A DNA stretch of 17,052 nt. Origin: an uncultured archaeon. Lineage in GTDB: Archaea > Asgardarchaeota > Lokiarchaeia > Sigyniarchaeales > SOKP01. The stretch is from contig CAZGJX010000090.1 in the NCBI GenBank assembly GCA_964525635.1, positions 1 through 17,052 on the forward strand, given 5' to 3'. The translations under genes were made by a program, and so were the position numbers. Numbering within the stretch: position 1 is the first letter of the stretch; each line of letters begins with the position of its first letter. Positions 7,377 through 16,276 of the stretch are shown here, in pieces. The notes beneath the pieces are model-generated. The model saw nothing but the letters and a program-made list of their open reading frames with translations, was not told the DNA's origin and did not search any database.

Positions 7377-10300
7377 AAAAAGTGGTTGCTCTCCAATAGC
7401 AACTTCTAAAGTGCTTGTCATACTATGACCATCACTCTCTTCAAATATAGCATCGTATGTATAAATACCTATAGTTGTCTCATCATAAATAATCTCAACA
7501 TGTATGGATTCTCCTGAATTCCATGTCCCGCTCTGTATTAATTCTCCATTTCTTGTTATTTGATAAGTACCTGGGAAGTCACTTGTTGGAATCCAAGTGA
7601 GTAAAATACCATCTGTAAAATAGCGTTTACCTTCAAATAAAGATGAAGGATTTTGATAGATTTTTACATTACTATTTACACCTTGAGGGATCCCTATATC
7701 TGCTGTACTCTCGTCTACTAGAATAAGAACATCAATTGCTAGCACACTTTCACCTGTTGCAATCGCTTTCCAAGTTATTGTTAAAAAACTTAGATTTGAG
7801 CTTGGACCTACTCCTGATGCATCAAATCCGCTCACTACTGCCCATCCCTCTATGTTTTGGATATCTATAAAACTAATAAAACCATCTGGTCCAGCAACTA
7901 TATCTTCTATATTAATTACAGTAGGATTAAAAGTAAAATTAAAATTATATGCAGCAACCTTCTGAATTCCTGAATCAACATATACTTGAGTATCGAATAT
8001 ATCTCCTACACGTTTATCTGCTACATCACTTATAGTAACATATCTATTTTGAAGAAGAATTACTGTTACATGGCTACCCACACCATAAGGAGTACCTATA
8101 ACAGCAGCAGTCTCATCTTGTAAGATAAGAACATCAATTGCTAGCTCACTTTCACCTACCCCAATTGCTTTCCATATTATTTTTAGGAATCTCAGATGTA
8201 TGCTTGGATCAATACCTGCTTCATTATATCCCGTCACTGTTGCCCATCCATTTGAATTTTGTATATTAACACTATTTATAAATCCATCTAGTCCCGCAGC
8301 TATACTTTCCATTATAACTACATCAGGATTAAAAGTAATATTAAAAAAATATCCCGATACTTTCTGACTTCCTGAATTAATATAAACTTGAGTATCAAAT
8401 ATATCTCCTACTATCTTAAATCTCACAGAACTCATTCTTACATTTCCAATTACTTTCACATAACTATTTATATCATAGGGACTACCTATAACATTTGCAG
8501 TTTCATCTTGTAAGGCAAGAACGTCAATTAATAACTCAGATTCACCTACTTCAATTGCTTTCCATGTTATTATTAAAAAATCTATAATTGAACTCGGATC
8601 AACACCAGCTGAATTAAAACCACTAACCGTTGCCCATCCAAATGAATTTTGGATATCAATAGCACTTATAAATCCCTCTGATCCCGTAGTTATATTTTGC
8701 AAATTAACTACTAAACGATTGAAAGTAATATTAAAACTATAAGCAGCAACTTTCTGATTTCCTGAATCAACGTAAATGTGAGTATTAAAGATTTCACCTA
8801 CAATTTTACGTTTTACAGAACTTATCCTTACACTTCCAGCTGTTCCCATGATTGGATCAGAATTTATATATATATTATTTTCCTCATCCATCTCAAGCAC
8901 GTTATTATAACAATCTACAATACACATTAATTCATAGTATCCGGATGGTAAGGTAATTGTTCCATTACAACTTATAAATTCTAATTCATTATGGTTTAAT
9001 CCATCAAGATAGTATTCTCCCAGAATATAATCTTCTTCAGTACCTTTTATAATTAATTGAATATAAAATCCTTGTGTTGTTCCATATCCGTAATTACCGA
9101 TATTAGTCCATAAATCATAAGAGAAACTTATTTCATCAGCTCCAGAGATAATGTTATTAAATTCAAAGAAAATCTCACCGTCACAATAAAAGTCAGGTAA
9201 ATAATTGGTTTGTGTAAGTTCTAATGGTTCAAAGTTTATATGAACATTATTGTTCTCATTCAATTCAACCACTCGATTATAATGATCCATAGTACACACT
9301 AATTCATATTCCCCGTATGGTATAGTGATTTTACCCCTACAGTCTATAGATCTTATTTCATATGTATCTAATCCATAAATCGAAGAAGAATCTAGATTAA
9401 AGATTTCGTCACCATTAACTAAATCAAAAGAAAAATAGATTCGATCTTCATATTTATATCCAAAATTAGAAATATAAGTTGATAGATCATATGTGAAGCT
9501 TATCATACCTTCATCTTCTATAGTAACATCACTTAGTTTATATTGAATTTCATCAATAGGACTAAAATCCGGTGCGTATTCGTCTCTCGAAAAAGTTAAG
9601 TTTTCCCTATTAATAAATATATTATTATCCTCATTCGATTCAACTACTTGATTATCATAATCTACCCAGCTAATTATTTCATAATCCCCATAAGGGATGG
9701 TCATCCACCCGTGCAAACCCTGTTTTTCTTCTATTTCATTCTGGTCTAATCCATCCACATACATATAACCTAAATCATGGAGTTTTTCACCATTTCTTAA
9801 GGCGTAATAAATCCAAAATTCTTCTGTTGTTTCCCATTCGCAATTTTTAACATAGGCGGATACTCCATAATAGAAATTTATTTCATCTTCTTCAAGAGAA
9901 ATATCACTTAAGATAATTTCAATATCATTGTAAGGAACAAAGTCCGGCATTAAGATATCTTGAGAGATTATCAATGGATAAGAATCATTATAAACATTAT
10001 TGTCATCATCTGTCTCTATTATAGTACCATCATAATCTACATTGCAAGTGATTTCATACTCACCAAATGGTAAGGTAATAGTATCCTCGCAAACTGCAGA
10101 TTTTATTTCATTAGAACTAAGCCCATCTATATAATATTCTCCTAGTACATACACATTTTCACCATTTTTGGCAGTATATTGAATATTAAAACCTTGTGTA
10201 GCCCCTACATAACCTTCATTAGATATATCAGAAGTTATTATATAAGAAAATGTTATTTCATCGTCTCCTATAACAACATTACTTTTTATAATATCAATAT

Positions 10301-13300
10301 CATTTGAAGTAATATCCGGCAATAAACTACCTGGCGCAAGTATTAAAGGATCTGATTCGAACATAAAGTTGTTCCCCTCCTCTAACTCATACACATCATT
10401 ATTACAATCAATATCATGCAATAATCTATACTCCCCATATGGTAATGTAATTCTACCTACACGACTTGAAGGTATATTATTATTAGGAGATAGTTCATTC
10501 ACATCATACTCTCCTAAAGTATGAACATCATCTCCCCATGCAATAAAACGATTAGAAAATCTTCCTGCATTTTTACCTCCCATATTCCTAATCCCAGATG
10601 ATATCTCATAAGAAAAGGTAACATTATTATCTTCATAGATAATATCCTCTTCATTTATTACTATCTTAATATTATCATATGAAACTAAATCAGCAGGTTC
10701 TGATTCCTGTATAATTACAGCGGTAGGATCTCCAAAAAGATTTAGGGAAAGAAATTTATATCTTGAATATTTAAAGTAATGTCTAGTCTCTCCTCGAAGT
10801 AAAGCTTTTTGTTTTGCTCCTTGTAATGCTCTACCGATCTCATCTATACCACCGAATTGAAGGTTATAGAATTCACGCAAATTATTCTGGTCAGGGCAAT
10901 CTGTAATAAGAGTTGCTGACGCCCCTAATCTAGTATTTCCAATGATAGCAAATGAACCATTCCTAAAAGTTAACCAATGTTCTCCAATAGAATCTCCTTT
11001 ATCAAGAGCTAATACGTTACATGCACCAGCAAAGATAAAAGGATATTTTGTATTATTAAGAGAATTAACGTCTGTAGCATCTAATTTCATAAAACGCCAA
11101 TGTTCTATACCATGTCCAACTTGATTTATTATATGCACTCCATGATCACGTTCAATGAATGAAATGAGGTCATCTTTTGTCCAAAAAAAATCTCTTTCAT
11201 AAAGGGATTCATTGTTATAATATTGCTCAAATTGTCGTGTGATATAACCATAATTAGTACAAAGACCATTGGTTTTAGGATTATAATTTAATTCATCTAG
11301 ACAATCCCCACCATATATATCAATACCATCTATTACTCCCATATGTTCGGCTAGGTTTAAAACACTGTAAAGATAAAAATCATCTCTTCTATCTCTCATT
11401 TCTTGCTCATGGAGAAGTGTTTTTCTCATGAAATTTGAAAGATCTTCTTCCGAGCTAACAGGAGTTCTTCCAACTGCAACCTGAATTTTATTAGAAATTC
11501 TGAAAAAGGCTTCCCAATCCGCCTCTTCTCCATATGTCCTATCTCCATCATGATCCCAAGAACCATCTAAAGAAGCATAATATTGATCTGAGGGAATTGG
11601 TTCATTAGCTTCTGGTTTTATATGTCCTAAAAGCGGGCTTTCAAAATACCTAATTGGTACAATATGATCATCCCCTCCGAGAAGAATATATCTAGTATCC
11701 CATAACCCATATGCATCTTTTATAAATTCTCTTATCTTTTCTGGACCATCCATCCAATGCCCATATTCAGCATTAATTTCTTCGATTGTTATTATTTTAG
11801 GACTATATCCTTGGGTTGATTTTAAATTAGTAAGATCTTGAAAATTATACTCTCCATTAGAATTTTTTAACGCTTCATTAGTGATAATAACATAATCGTG
11901 TGGTCCTTCATCTATATCAAATATACTCTCCTGCTTCGGCCTAAGTATTGCCATAGGATCTCCAAAAACTTCAAAGTAATTAAGTATGGTTTTCTGCCAA
12001 TTTAAACCCCAATCTGCATAGTATCGCTTAAAAACCTCTTCTTTTGCCACTTGTAATGCTCTGCCAATTTCATCTATGCCATCCCTAAAAATTGCGTCAT
12101 AAAATTCACGAATAAGCATCTGGGAAAAATCATCTGTGAGATCTGAAGATAAATAACTAGTAGGGGAAATGGATATATCTCCAATGGCGGCAAATGCACC
12201 ATTAGGTGAAGTTATAAAGCGTTCTCCAATAGAATCATGTGAAAAATGAACATAATTATGATGACTATCATAATTCTGATCTATTTCATCTGCAAAATTA
12301 AAAGCAGAACTCTGATAAGAAAGGAGAAAAAAAGGATTATCATTGGCAATAGATGCAATAGTATCAATATTAAATTGCATTAGATTATCATGTAAAATCC
12401 CTAAAAGTTCATCATAATCAATCCATCCTCCTACTTCTCCACCCGGAGCTACAGCCGAAAGTGGCCGCCCATGATAATTTAAAATATGTACTCCCTGTCC
12501 ACCCTCAATAATATCTACTAAAGCAGACTTCGTCCATGAATTAATATGAACATAGGGGGAATCGTAATAAGTTCCATCTCGTTCATAAAGTGTTTCAAAG
12601 TTATAATCATTAGAAATCTTCCTTGTTTGATAACCATGAGCATTACAATATGAATTACTATCATACATATAGAGCTGATCCAAACAATCAGCACCAAATA
12701 AAAGGAAAGGAGGATCAAAATCCATATCCATTCCCACAAATTCACCTGCCATTAAACCACTGTATAAATATTCAAGATTACTGCCATATCTCACTTGAGA
12801 TTCATGGAGGATTGTTTTTCTCACGAAATTGTAAACCTCTTCTGTTGAACCAACAGGTGCTCTCCCAAGATATATATCTCCCATTTTACCACTGTTAATT
12901 AATAAATTCCAATCTTCCTCCTCACCATATACTCTATCATTATCATCATCCCAAGTGATATGTATCGTTGAATAATATTGATCAGTATAATGATCATAAT
13001 CCTCTGGCTCCCATTCATCTCCAGGCATAGGCGCACCTCCAGTACAAAAATACTTTGGAGGTATAATATTAGAATCTCCTCCTAAAAGGATATATCTAGT
13101 ACCCCATTTATTGTATACATCTATGATAAAATTACGTATTTTATCCTGCAGTTCATATCCTCCATAATTATCATCTATATCTTCAACGGTCACTATTGTT
13201 CCGGTTATATCTTGATAACTTTTATAGTTAAGAAGATAATGAAAACTATATCCCTCATTATAACTTTCTAACATTCTACTCGTAATAATAACATATAAAA

Positions 13301-13472
13301 ATGATCCTTCATCATCAATAGCGGAAGTTCTTGGTCCCTCATTTAAGAATTGCAGATTTGAATTTGTTTCTTCAAAAATAATTTTATTTAATTCATTTAT
13401 AGGAATTGTCGTTATTAGAAAAATTGCTATAAATGTAACTGTATAAATTTTCTTTTTCGTCAACTTAATCAT
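7176..13472 (-). CDS. Secreted multidomain cysteine peptidase B / scaffoldin-like protein (2098 aa): signal/anchor, inactive C25, active C25, 5x CARDB-like, 3x cohesin-like, Ig-like, dockerin
   Basis: Collinear paralogue of 68-5149. C25 blocks at nt ~13298-11950 and ~11900-10720, the second with GHG (H787) and GAC (C818). Five CARDB-like repeats at nt ~10697-8850. Three ~130-aa repeats at 8837-7656 that protease A lacks. C-terminal dockerin. Confidence 0.92.
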   Translation of the reverse strand: MIKLTKKKIYTVTFIAIFLITTIPINELNKIIFEETNSNLQFLNEGPRTSAIDDEGSFLYVIITSRMLESYNEGYSFHYLLNYKSYQDITGTIVTVEDIDDNYGGYELQDKIRNFIIDVYNKWGTRYILLGGDSNIIPPKYFCTGGAPMPGDEWEPEDYDHYTDQYYSTIHITWDDDNDRVYGEEEDWNLLINSGKMGDIYLGRAPVGSTEEVYNFVRKTILHESQVRYGSNLEYLYSGLMAGEFVGMDMDFDPPFLLFGADCLDQLYMYDSNSYCNAHGYQTRKISNDYNFETLYERDGTYYDSPYVHINSWTKSALVDIIEGGQGVHILNYHGRPLSAVAPGGEVGGWIDYDELLGILHDNLMQFNIDTIASIANDNPFFLLSYQSSAFNFADEIDQNYDSHHNYVHFSHDSIGERFITSPNGAFAAIGDISISPTSYLSSDLTDDFSQMLIREFYDAIFRDGIDEIGRALQVAKEEVFKRYYADWGLNWQKTILNYFEVFGDPMAILRPKQESIFDIDEGPHDYVIITNEALKNSNGEYNFQDLTNLKSTQGYSPKIITIEEINAEYGHWMDGPEKIREFIKDAYGLWDTRYILLGGDDHIVPIRYFESPLLGHIKPEANEPIPSDQYYASLDGSWDHDGDRTYGEEADWEAFFRISNKIQVAVGRTPVSSEEDLSNFMRKTLLHEQEMRDRRDDFYLYSVLNLAEHMGVIDGIDIYGGDCLDELNYNPKTNGLCTNYGYITRQFEQYYNNESLYERDFFWTKDDLISFIERDHGVHIINQVGHGIEHWRFMKLDATDVNSLNNTKYPFIFAGACNVLALDKGDSIGEHWLTFRNGSFAIIGNTRLGASATLITDCPDQNNLREFYNLQFGGIDEIGRALQGAKQKALLRGETRHYFKYSRYKFLSLNLFGDPTAVIIQESEPADLVSYDNIKIVINEEDIIYEDNNVTFSYEISSGIRNMGGKNAGRFSNRFIAWGDDVHTLGEYDVNELSPNNNIPSSRVGRITLPYGEYRLLHDIDCNNDVYELEEGNNFMFESDPLILAPGSLLPDITSNDIDIIKSNVVIGDDEITFSYIITSDISNEGYVGATQGFNIQYTAKNGENVYVLGEYYIDGLSSNEIKSAVCEDTITLPFGEYEITCNVDYDGTIIETDDDNNVYNDSYPLIISQDILMPDFVPYNDIEIILSDISLEEDEINFYYGVSAYVKNCEWETTEEFWIYYALRNGEKLHDLGYMYVDGLDQNEIEEKQGLHGWMTIPYGDYEIISWVDYDNQVVESNEDNNIFINRENLTFSRDEYAPDFSPIDEIQYKLSDVTIEDEGMISFTYDLSTYISNFGYKYEDRIYFSFDLVNGDEIFNLDSSSIYGLDTYEIRSIDCRGKITIPYGEYELVCTMDHYNRVVELNENNNVHINFEPLELTQTNYLPDFYCDGEIFFEFNNIISGADEISFSYDLWTNIGNYGYGTTQGFYIQLIIKGTEEDYILGEYYLDGLNHNELEFISCNGTITLPSGYYELMCIVDCYNNVLEMDEENNIYINSDPIMGTAGSVRISSVKRKIVGEIFNTHIYVDSGNQKVAAYSFNITFNRLVVNLQNITTGSEGFISAIDIQNSFGWATVSGFNSAGVDPSSIIDFLIITWKAIEVGESELLIDVLALQDETANVIGSPYDINSYVKVIGNVRMSSVRFKIVGDIFDTQVYINSGSQKVSGYFFNITFNPDVVIMESIAAGLDGFINSVNIQNSNGWATVTGYNEAGIDPSIHLRFLKIIWKAIGVGESELAIDVLILQDETAAVIGTPYGVGSHVTVILLQNRYVTISDVADKRVGDIFDTQVYVDSGIQKVAAYNFNFTFNPTVINIEDIVAGPDGFISFIDIQNIEGWAVVSGFDASGVGPSSNLSFLTITWKAIATGESVLAIDVLILVDESTADIGIPQGVNSNVKIYQNPSSLFEGKRYFTDGILLTWIPTSDFPGTYQITRNGELIQSGTWNSGESIHVEIIYDETTIGIYTYDAIFEESDGHSMTSTLEVAIGEQPLFLGDVNNDGFIDIIDALETAQYYVGMNIIGFHPELADVNADGSIDIVDALLIAQYYVGLINQFPAEL
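7656..8837 (-). repeat. Three tandem cohesin-like domains (~130 aa each; aa ~1546, 1676, 1810 onward)
   Basis: Repeated VG(E/D)IF.T..Y(V/I).SG.QKV..Y.FN.TFN..V......I..G..GFI..(I/V).IQN..GWA.V.G....G..PS....FL.I.WKAI..GES.L.IDVL.L.DE. The G...V.V / F...(Y/F)(D/N)P.V / L....(F/W)KA...G.S.L pattern is cohesin-like. Also visible as DNA repeats with ~390-400 nt period. Confidence 0.75.
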
Positions 13473-13645
13473 ATATTAACATTGTTTCAGTTTAGTTTAT
13501 TAATATAAAATTTAGTCACTTAAAAACCTTCCTTGTAATAAAAAGAAACATACAAATCATAATTTTTTTTTTATTTTAAATTGAAATAAATAGAAAATGG
13601 GATTTGTAACTAATAACATATGAAATAAGATGAAATTGAATTCAA

Positions 13646-13660
13646 ATGTAGATTTAAATA
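13646..13660 (+). promoter_or_regulatory. TATA-box-like promoter element of 7TM-longin gene B (ATGTAGA-TTTAAATA)
   Basis: 14/15 identical to 5424-5438, with the same 54-nt spacing to the ATG at 13714. Confidence 0.55.
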
Positions 13661-13713
13661 AGAGAGATGAATCTTTCTTATCAATAATAAATATATACCA
13701 AGAGCAATAATCC

Positions 13714-14778
13714 ATGACTTTAAATTTCAGTATGGTGTTTTATATATATCTAATATGTTCCGCTATTGGATTGATAACGTCTATAATCTTTTCCTAGATG
13801 GTATTTAAGAAGAGGAAAGCGGTATTATTATATCTCTCCTTTTCAATATTATGCTATTCTTTATATTATAATGCAAGTAGCCTTGCTTTCTTGTTTATGG
13901 ATAAACCTATATATATTTTAGGAGGATATATGCTATGTGCTAGTGTTCTATTTCTGATTTTTTTCATAGATTATACTTTACATGAAACAATTACAGTTAT
14001 AAAACTATCAGCAATTAGTGCAATTTTATCATTATTAATTATATCAATTCTTCAAGAAAATGCAATTAAAGAATTTTATGGTTATGGATATCCTTCTTTA
14101 AAGAGTGCAGGTTATTTTTCTATATTCGTATTTTTATTGACTTTTATTTTTGTTGTTTCAATTCTGTATTGGGTAATTAAAACCCTGATAAATACCCCAA
14201 AACAATTAAAAAAAAAATCTGAAAAATTATTATATTCAGCTCTTATTTATATAATTGCATCCTTCTTCTTTCTTATTCAACAAATGATTTGTGTTCCAAT
14301 ATCAGGATTTTTCACAATTGCTGGAATGATAATTATGATTGTTGCTATTATGAATGAACCAAAAATCCTTTATATCTTACCATTTAAAACTGATAGATTA
14401 ATTGTAATTTATAAAGAATCAGATGTGGAAATTTTTTCTCATCGATGGGGACCTTCAAATATGATTGATGATCTTCTCGCTGGATTTATGAGTGCAATTA
14501 ATAAAGTAGGATTAGAAGTGATAAATCAAGGAGAATTAAAATATATTGCTTATGAAAATGGTGTCGTATTAATAAAGAGAACAGAAAATCTTATATTTGG
14601 ATTGATTGTAAATAAAACTTCAAAATTTCTAAATAAATGCCTTCACGAGTTCTCAATAGAATTTCAAAATAAATATCAACATATACTCAATAATTGGAAT
14701 GGAGATCTTGGTGTTTTTAAGGATGCAAATGTTTTATTAGAAAAACACTTTGGATATATCCCTTCAAGGATTCTATAG
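13714..14778 (+). CDS. 7TM + longin-like protein copy B; true start 13714, interrupted by an in-frame TAG at codon 28 (13795-13797); may be a pseudogene
   Basis: 13714 reads MTLNFSMVFYIYLICSAIGLITSIIFS*MVFKKRK and aligns without gaps to copy A MNLNFSLEFYVYLICSALCFIIFIILLYTAFKNKK. The remaining 326 codons are open and homologous to copy A. Confidence 0.8.
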
Positions 14779-14839
14779 AAAGCTGTTATTTCTTTAAGGA
14801 AAAATATGCGGAGAGTGGGATTCGAACCCACGAAGGACT

Positions 14840-14878
14840 GTTGGCGACAGTGAAATTCGTTTTTTCTTCTTCCTGTCT
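14840..14878 (-). other. tRNA intron 2 (39 nt, variable arm) with relaxed BHB/BHL motif
   Basis: Central helix UGGU/GCCA, bulges ACA and ACA, intron stem GACAG/CUGUC. The exon-side helix is weak. Confidence 0.78.
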
Positions 14879-14906
14879 GTACCATTGCGACCTCAACGCA
14901 ACGCCT

Positions 14907-14956
14907 TTAGTCATCTGAATCAATATAATGATGTATTCAATATAATGATACATATT
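14907..14956 (-). other. tRNA intron 1 (50 nt, D-loop, about position 21/22) with BHB motif
   Basis: Central 4-bp helix GGUC/GACU, 3-nt bulges UAA and AAA, and intron stem AUAUGUAUCA/UGAUUCAGAU. Confidence 0.8.
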
Positions 14957-15172
14957 TAGACCAGACTTGGCGATCTCCGCATTTTTTGCTTCCTATTTTA
15001 GTTTTTAGTTTAACAGATATAAGATATACTAATTAATTATATAAAATAATAGATATATTAAATGTTTTACTATCTAAATATTCAATTTATTATCATGTTT
15101 TCAAATTTATTAGTTTAAATATTTGGATTTTAAAGAATTAATAGATCTATTTAAAATATTTTGATTTTATAG

Positions 15173-15421
15173 ATGTTTAGTGCTGAGGAGTTATTATATA
15201 TATATTTAGATGAAATTCTTGAAAATTATCCGGAAATTAGAATAGAAGATATAAAATCATTAACCAAATTAAGGGAGGAGCTTCGAATAGGGAAAGAGAG
15301 GCTTATTCAATTAATAGATAAATACCTTATTAACAAATTTGGAATAGATTTAGCAAAAGAAATAAAGCAAAGGTTATGGCCAAGTAATACTACATTATTA
15401 AAAAAATATAAGATTCGATAA
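15173..15421 (+). CDS. Small hypothetical helical protein, possible HTH; possibly truncated
   Basis: 82-codon ORF in very AT-rich DNA. SLTKLREELRIGKERLIQLIDKYL resembles an HTH. The last 7 codons lie inside the direct repeat at 15399-15450. Confidence 0.5.
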   Translation: MFSAEELLYIYLDEILENYPEIRIEDIKSLTKLREELRIGKERLIQLIDKYLINKFGIDLAKEIKQRLWPSNTTLLKKYKIR

Positions 15422-15450
15422 CAATCACAGAACAAAGTTCTTACTAATTA
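15399..15450. repeat. ~52-bp direct repeat, copy 1
   Basis: taaaaaaatataagattcgataacaatcacagaacaaagttcttactaatta matches 16722-16772 at 47/52 positions (4 substitutions, 1 indel). Confidence 0.9.
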
Positions 15451-15483
15451 AATTGAGTGTTAAGGATTAATAATTAATATAGT

Positions 15484-15496
15484 AAAAAAAAAAAAA
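15484..15496 (-). terminator. T13 tract immediately after the zinc-ribbon membrane protein gene
   Basis: A13 on the + strand abutting the stop codon at 15497-15499. Confidence 0.45.
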
Positions 15497-16153
15497 TTAA
15501 TTTTTTTCTATCTTCATCCCACATTGAGGACAATATTCCATGTTACCTTCAATCTTTGTATTACATTGAGAACAAGAATTTATTTCTTTTGTATTTGTTG
15601 TTGATGGTAAAGACGTTTGATCTTTCCATAAATCTCCATCAGAACTTCGTTTTTCAGGGGATGAGTATGATTTTGAATATTTATAATTCCTAACATAAAG
15701 ATACCCACCTATAATTCCAATAATCAATGCAATAAATGATAAAATAACTGCTGCACCTGGATCCATAACATCCCAAACACTATAACCTCCCCCGGGATCA
15801 ATAATTTCTGTTACTCCGCCTAGATATATTATTAATGCTAAGAAGAGTAGGATACTACTTATTATTGTTAATCTTACAACACCAGCCTCTTTGTATTTCA
15901 TTTTATAAGCGCTATAGAAATAGATTATTATAGATATTAAGATCATAATAGTAACAACAGCAGACAATCCTATTAAATCGGGATTGTCTGTAAAATCAAC
16001 AATAGATTGACTTGGGTCATAATAATAGACTAAACCCCATATCCAGACATACATTCCTACACCCATAAGGTCGAAACCTATTGCGGGTGTTAAAAGCCCA
16101 ATTATCAATAAAATTCCAGTTAAAGTTGGAACTAAATTAATTTTTTCTGACAT
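15497..16153 (-). CDS. Four-TM membrane protein with C-terminal zinc ribbon (218 aa from MSEKINL)
   Basis: Four hydrophobic segments, a Ser/Thr/Lys-rich linker, then CSQC-x10-CPQCG. The ATG at 16153 is preferred over 16234 because the extra 27 codons are low-complexity TA-rich sequence. Confidence 0.8.
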   Translation of the reverse strand: MSEKINLVPTLTGILLIIGLLTPAIGFDLMGVGMYVWIWGLVYYYDPSQSIVDFTDNPDLIGLSAVVTIMILISIIIYFYSAYKMKYKEAGVVRLTIISSILLFLALIIYLGGVTEIIDPGGGYSVWDVMDPGAAVILSFIALIIGIIGGYLYVRNYKYSKSYSSPEKRSSDGDLWKDQTSLPSTTNTKEINSCSQCNTKIEGNMEYCPQCGMKIEKN

Positions 16154-16276
16154 TTTTTTTGGATCTCTTATTATATATATGATTATATATATAATAATAT
16201 TGAGATTTATATATAAATATTTCGATAATTCCATTGGAATAAAAGAAGGATTTGTATCAGTAAATAAATAAATAAT

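Larger units (their letters stand above)
14807..14980 (-). tRNA. tRNA-Leu(GAG) with two non-canonical introns; exons 14980-14957, 14906-14879, 14839-14807; mature 85 nt, CCA not encoded
   Basis: Acceptor stem GCGGAGA/TCTCCGC plus discriminator A. D stem GCC/GGC. Anticodon arm TTGCG-TTGAGGT-CGCAA (GAG at 14894-14892). T arm GTGGG-TTCGAAT-CCCAC. Removing the introns gives a 13-nt D-loop AAGTCTGGTCTAA and a 14-nt variable region TGGTACAGTCCTTC, both typical of archaeal tRNA-Leu. Confidence 0.93.

Noticed and set aside
10942-11124. 60-aa plus-strand ORF
   Set aside because: Antisense to the active-site region of protease B.
12518-12898. 75-aa minus-strand and 91-aa plus-strand ORFs
   Set aside because: Out-of-frame or antisense shadows within protease B.
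68-13472. True cellulosome or T9SS-secreted gingipain
   Set aside because: No glycoside hydrolase or CBM domains and no Bacteroidetes-type C-terminal sorting domain; the context is archaeal.
14676-14885. 69-aa minus-strand ORF
   Set aside because: Runs through the tRNA intron and T arm and is antisense to the 7TM gene end.
16154-16234. 27-aa N-terminal extension of the zinc-ribbon membrane protein
   Set aside because: TA-rich low-complexity sequence that looks like promoter DNA; MSEKINL at 16153 is the more plausible start.
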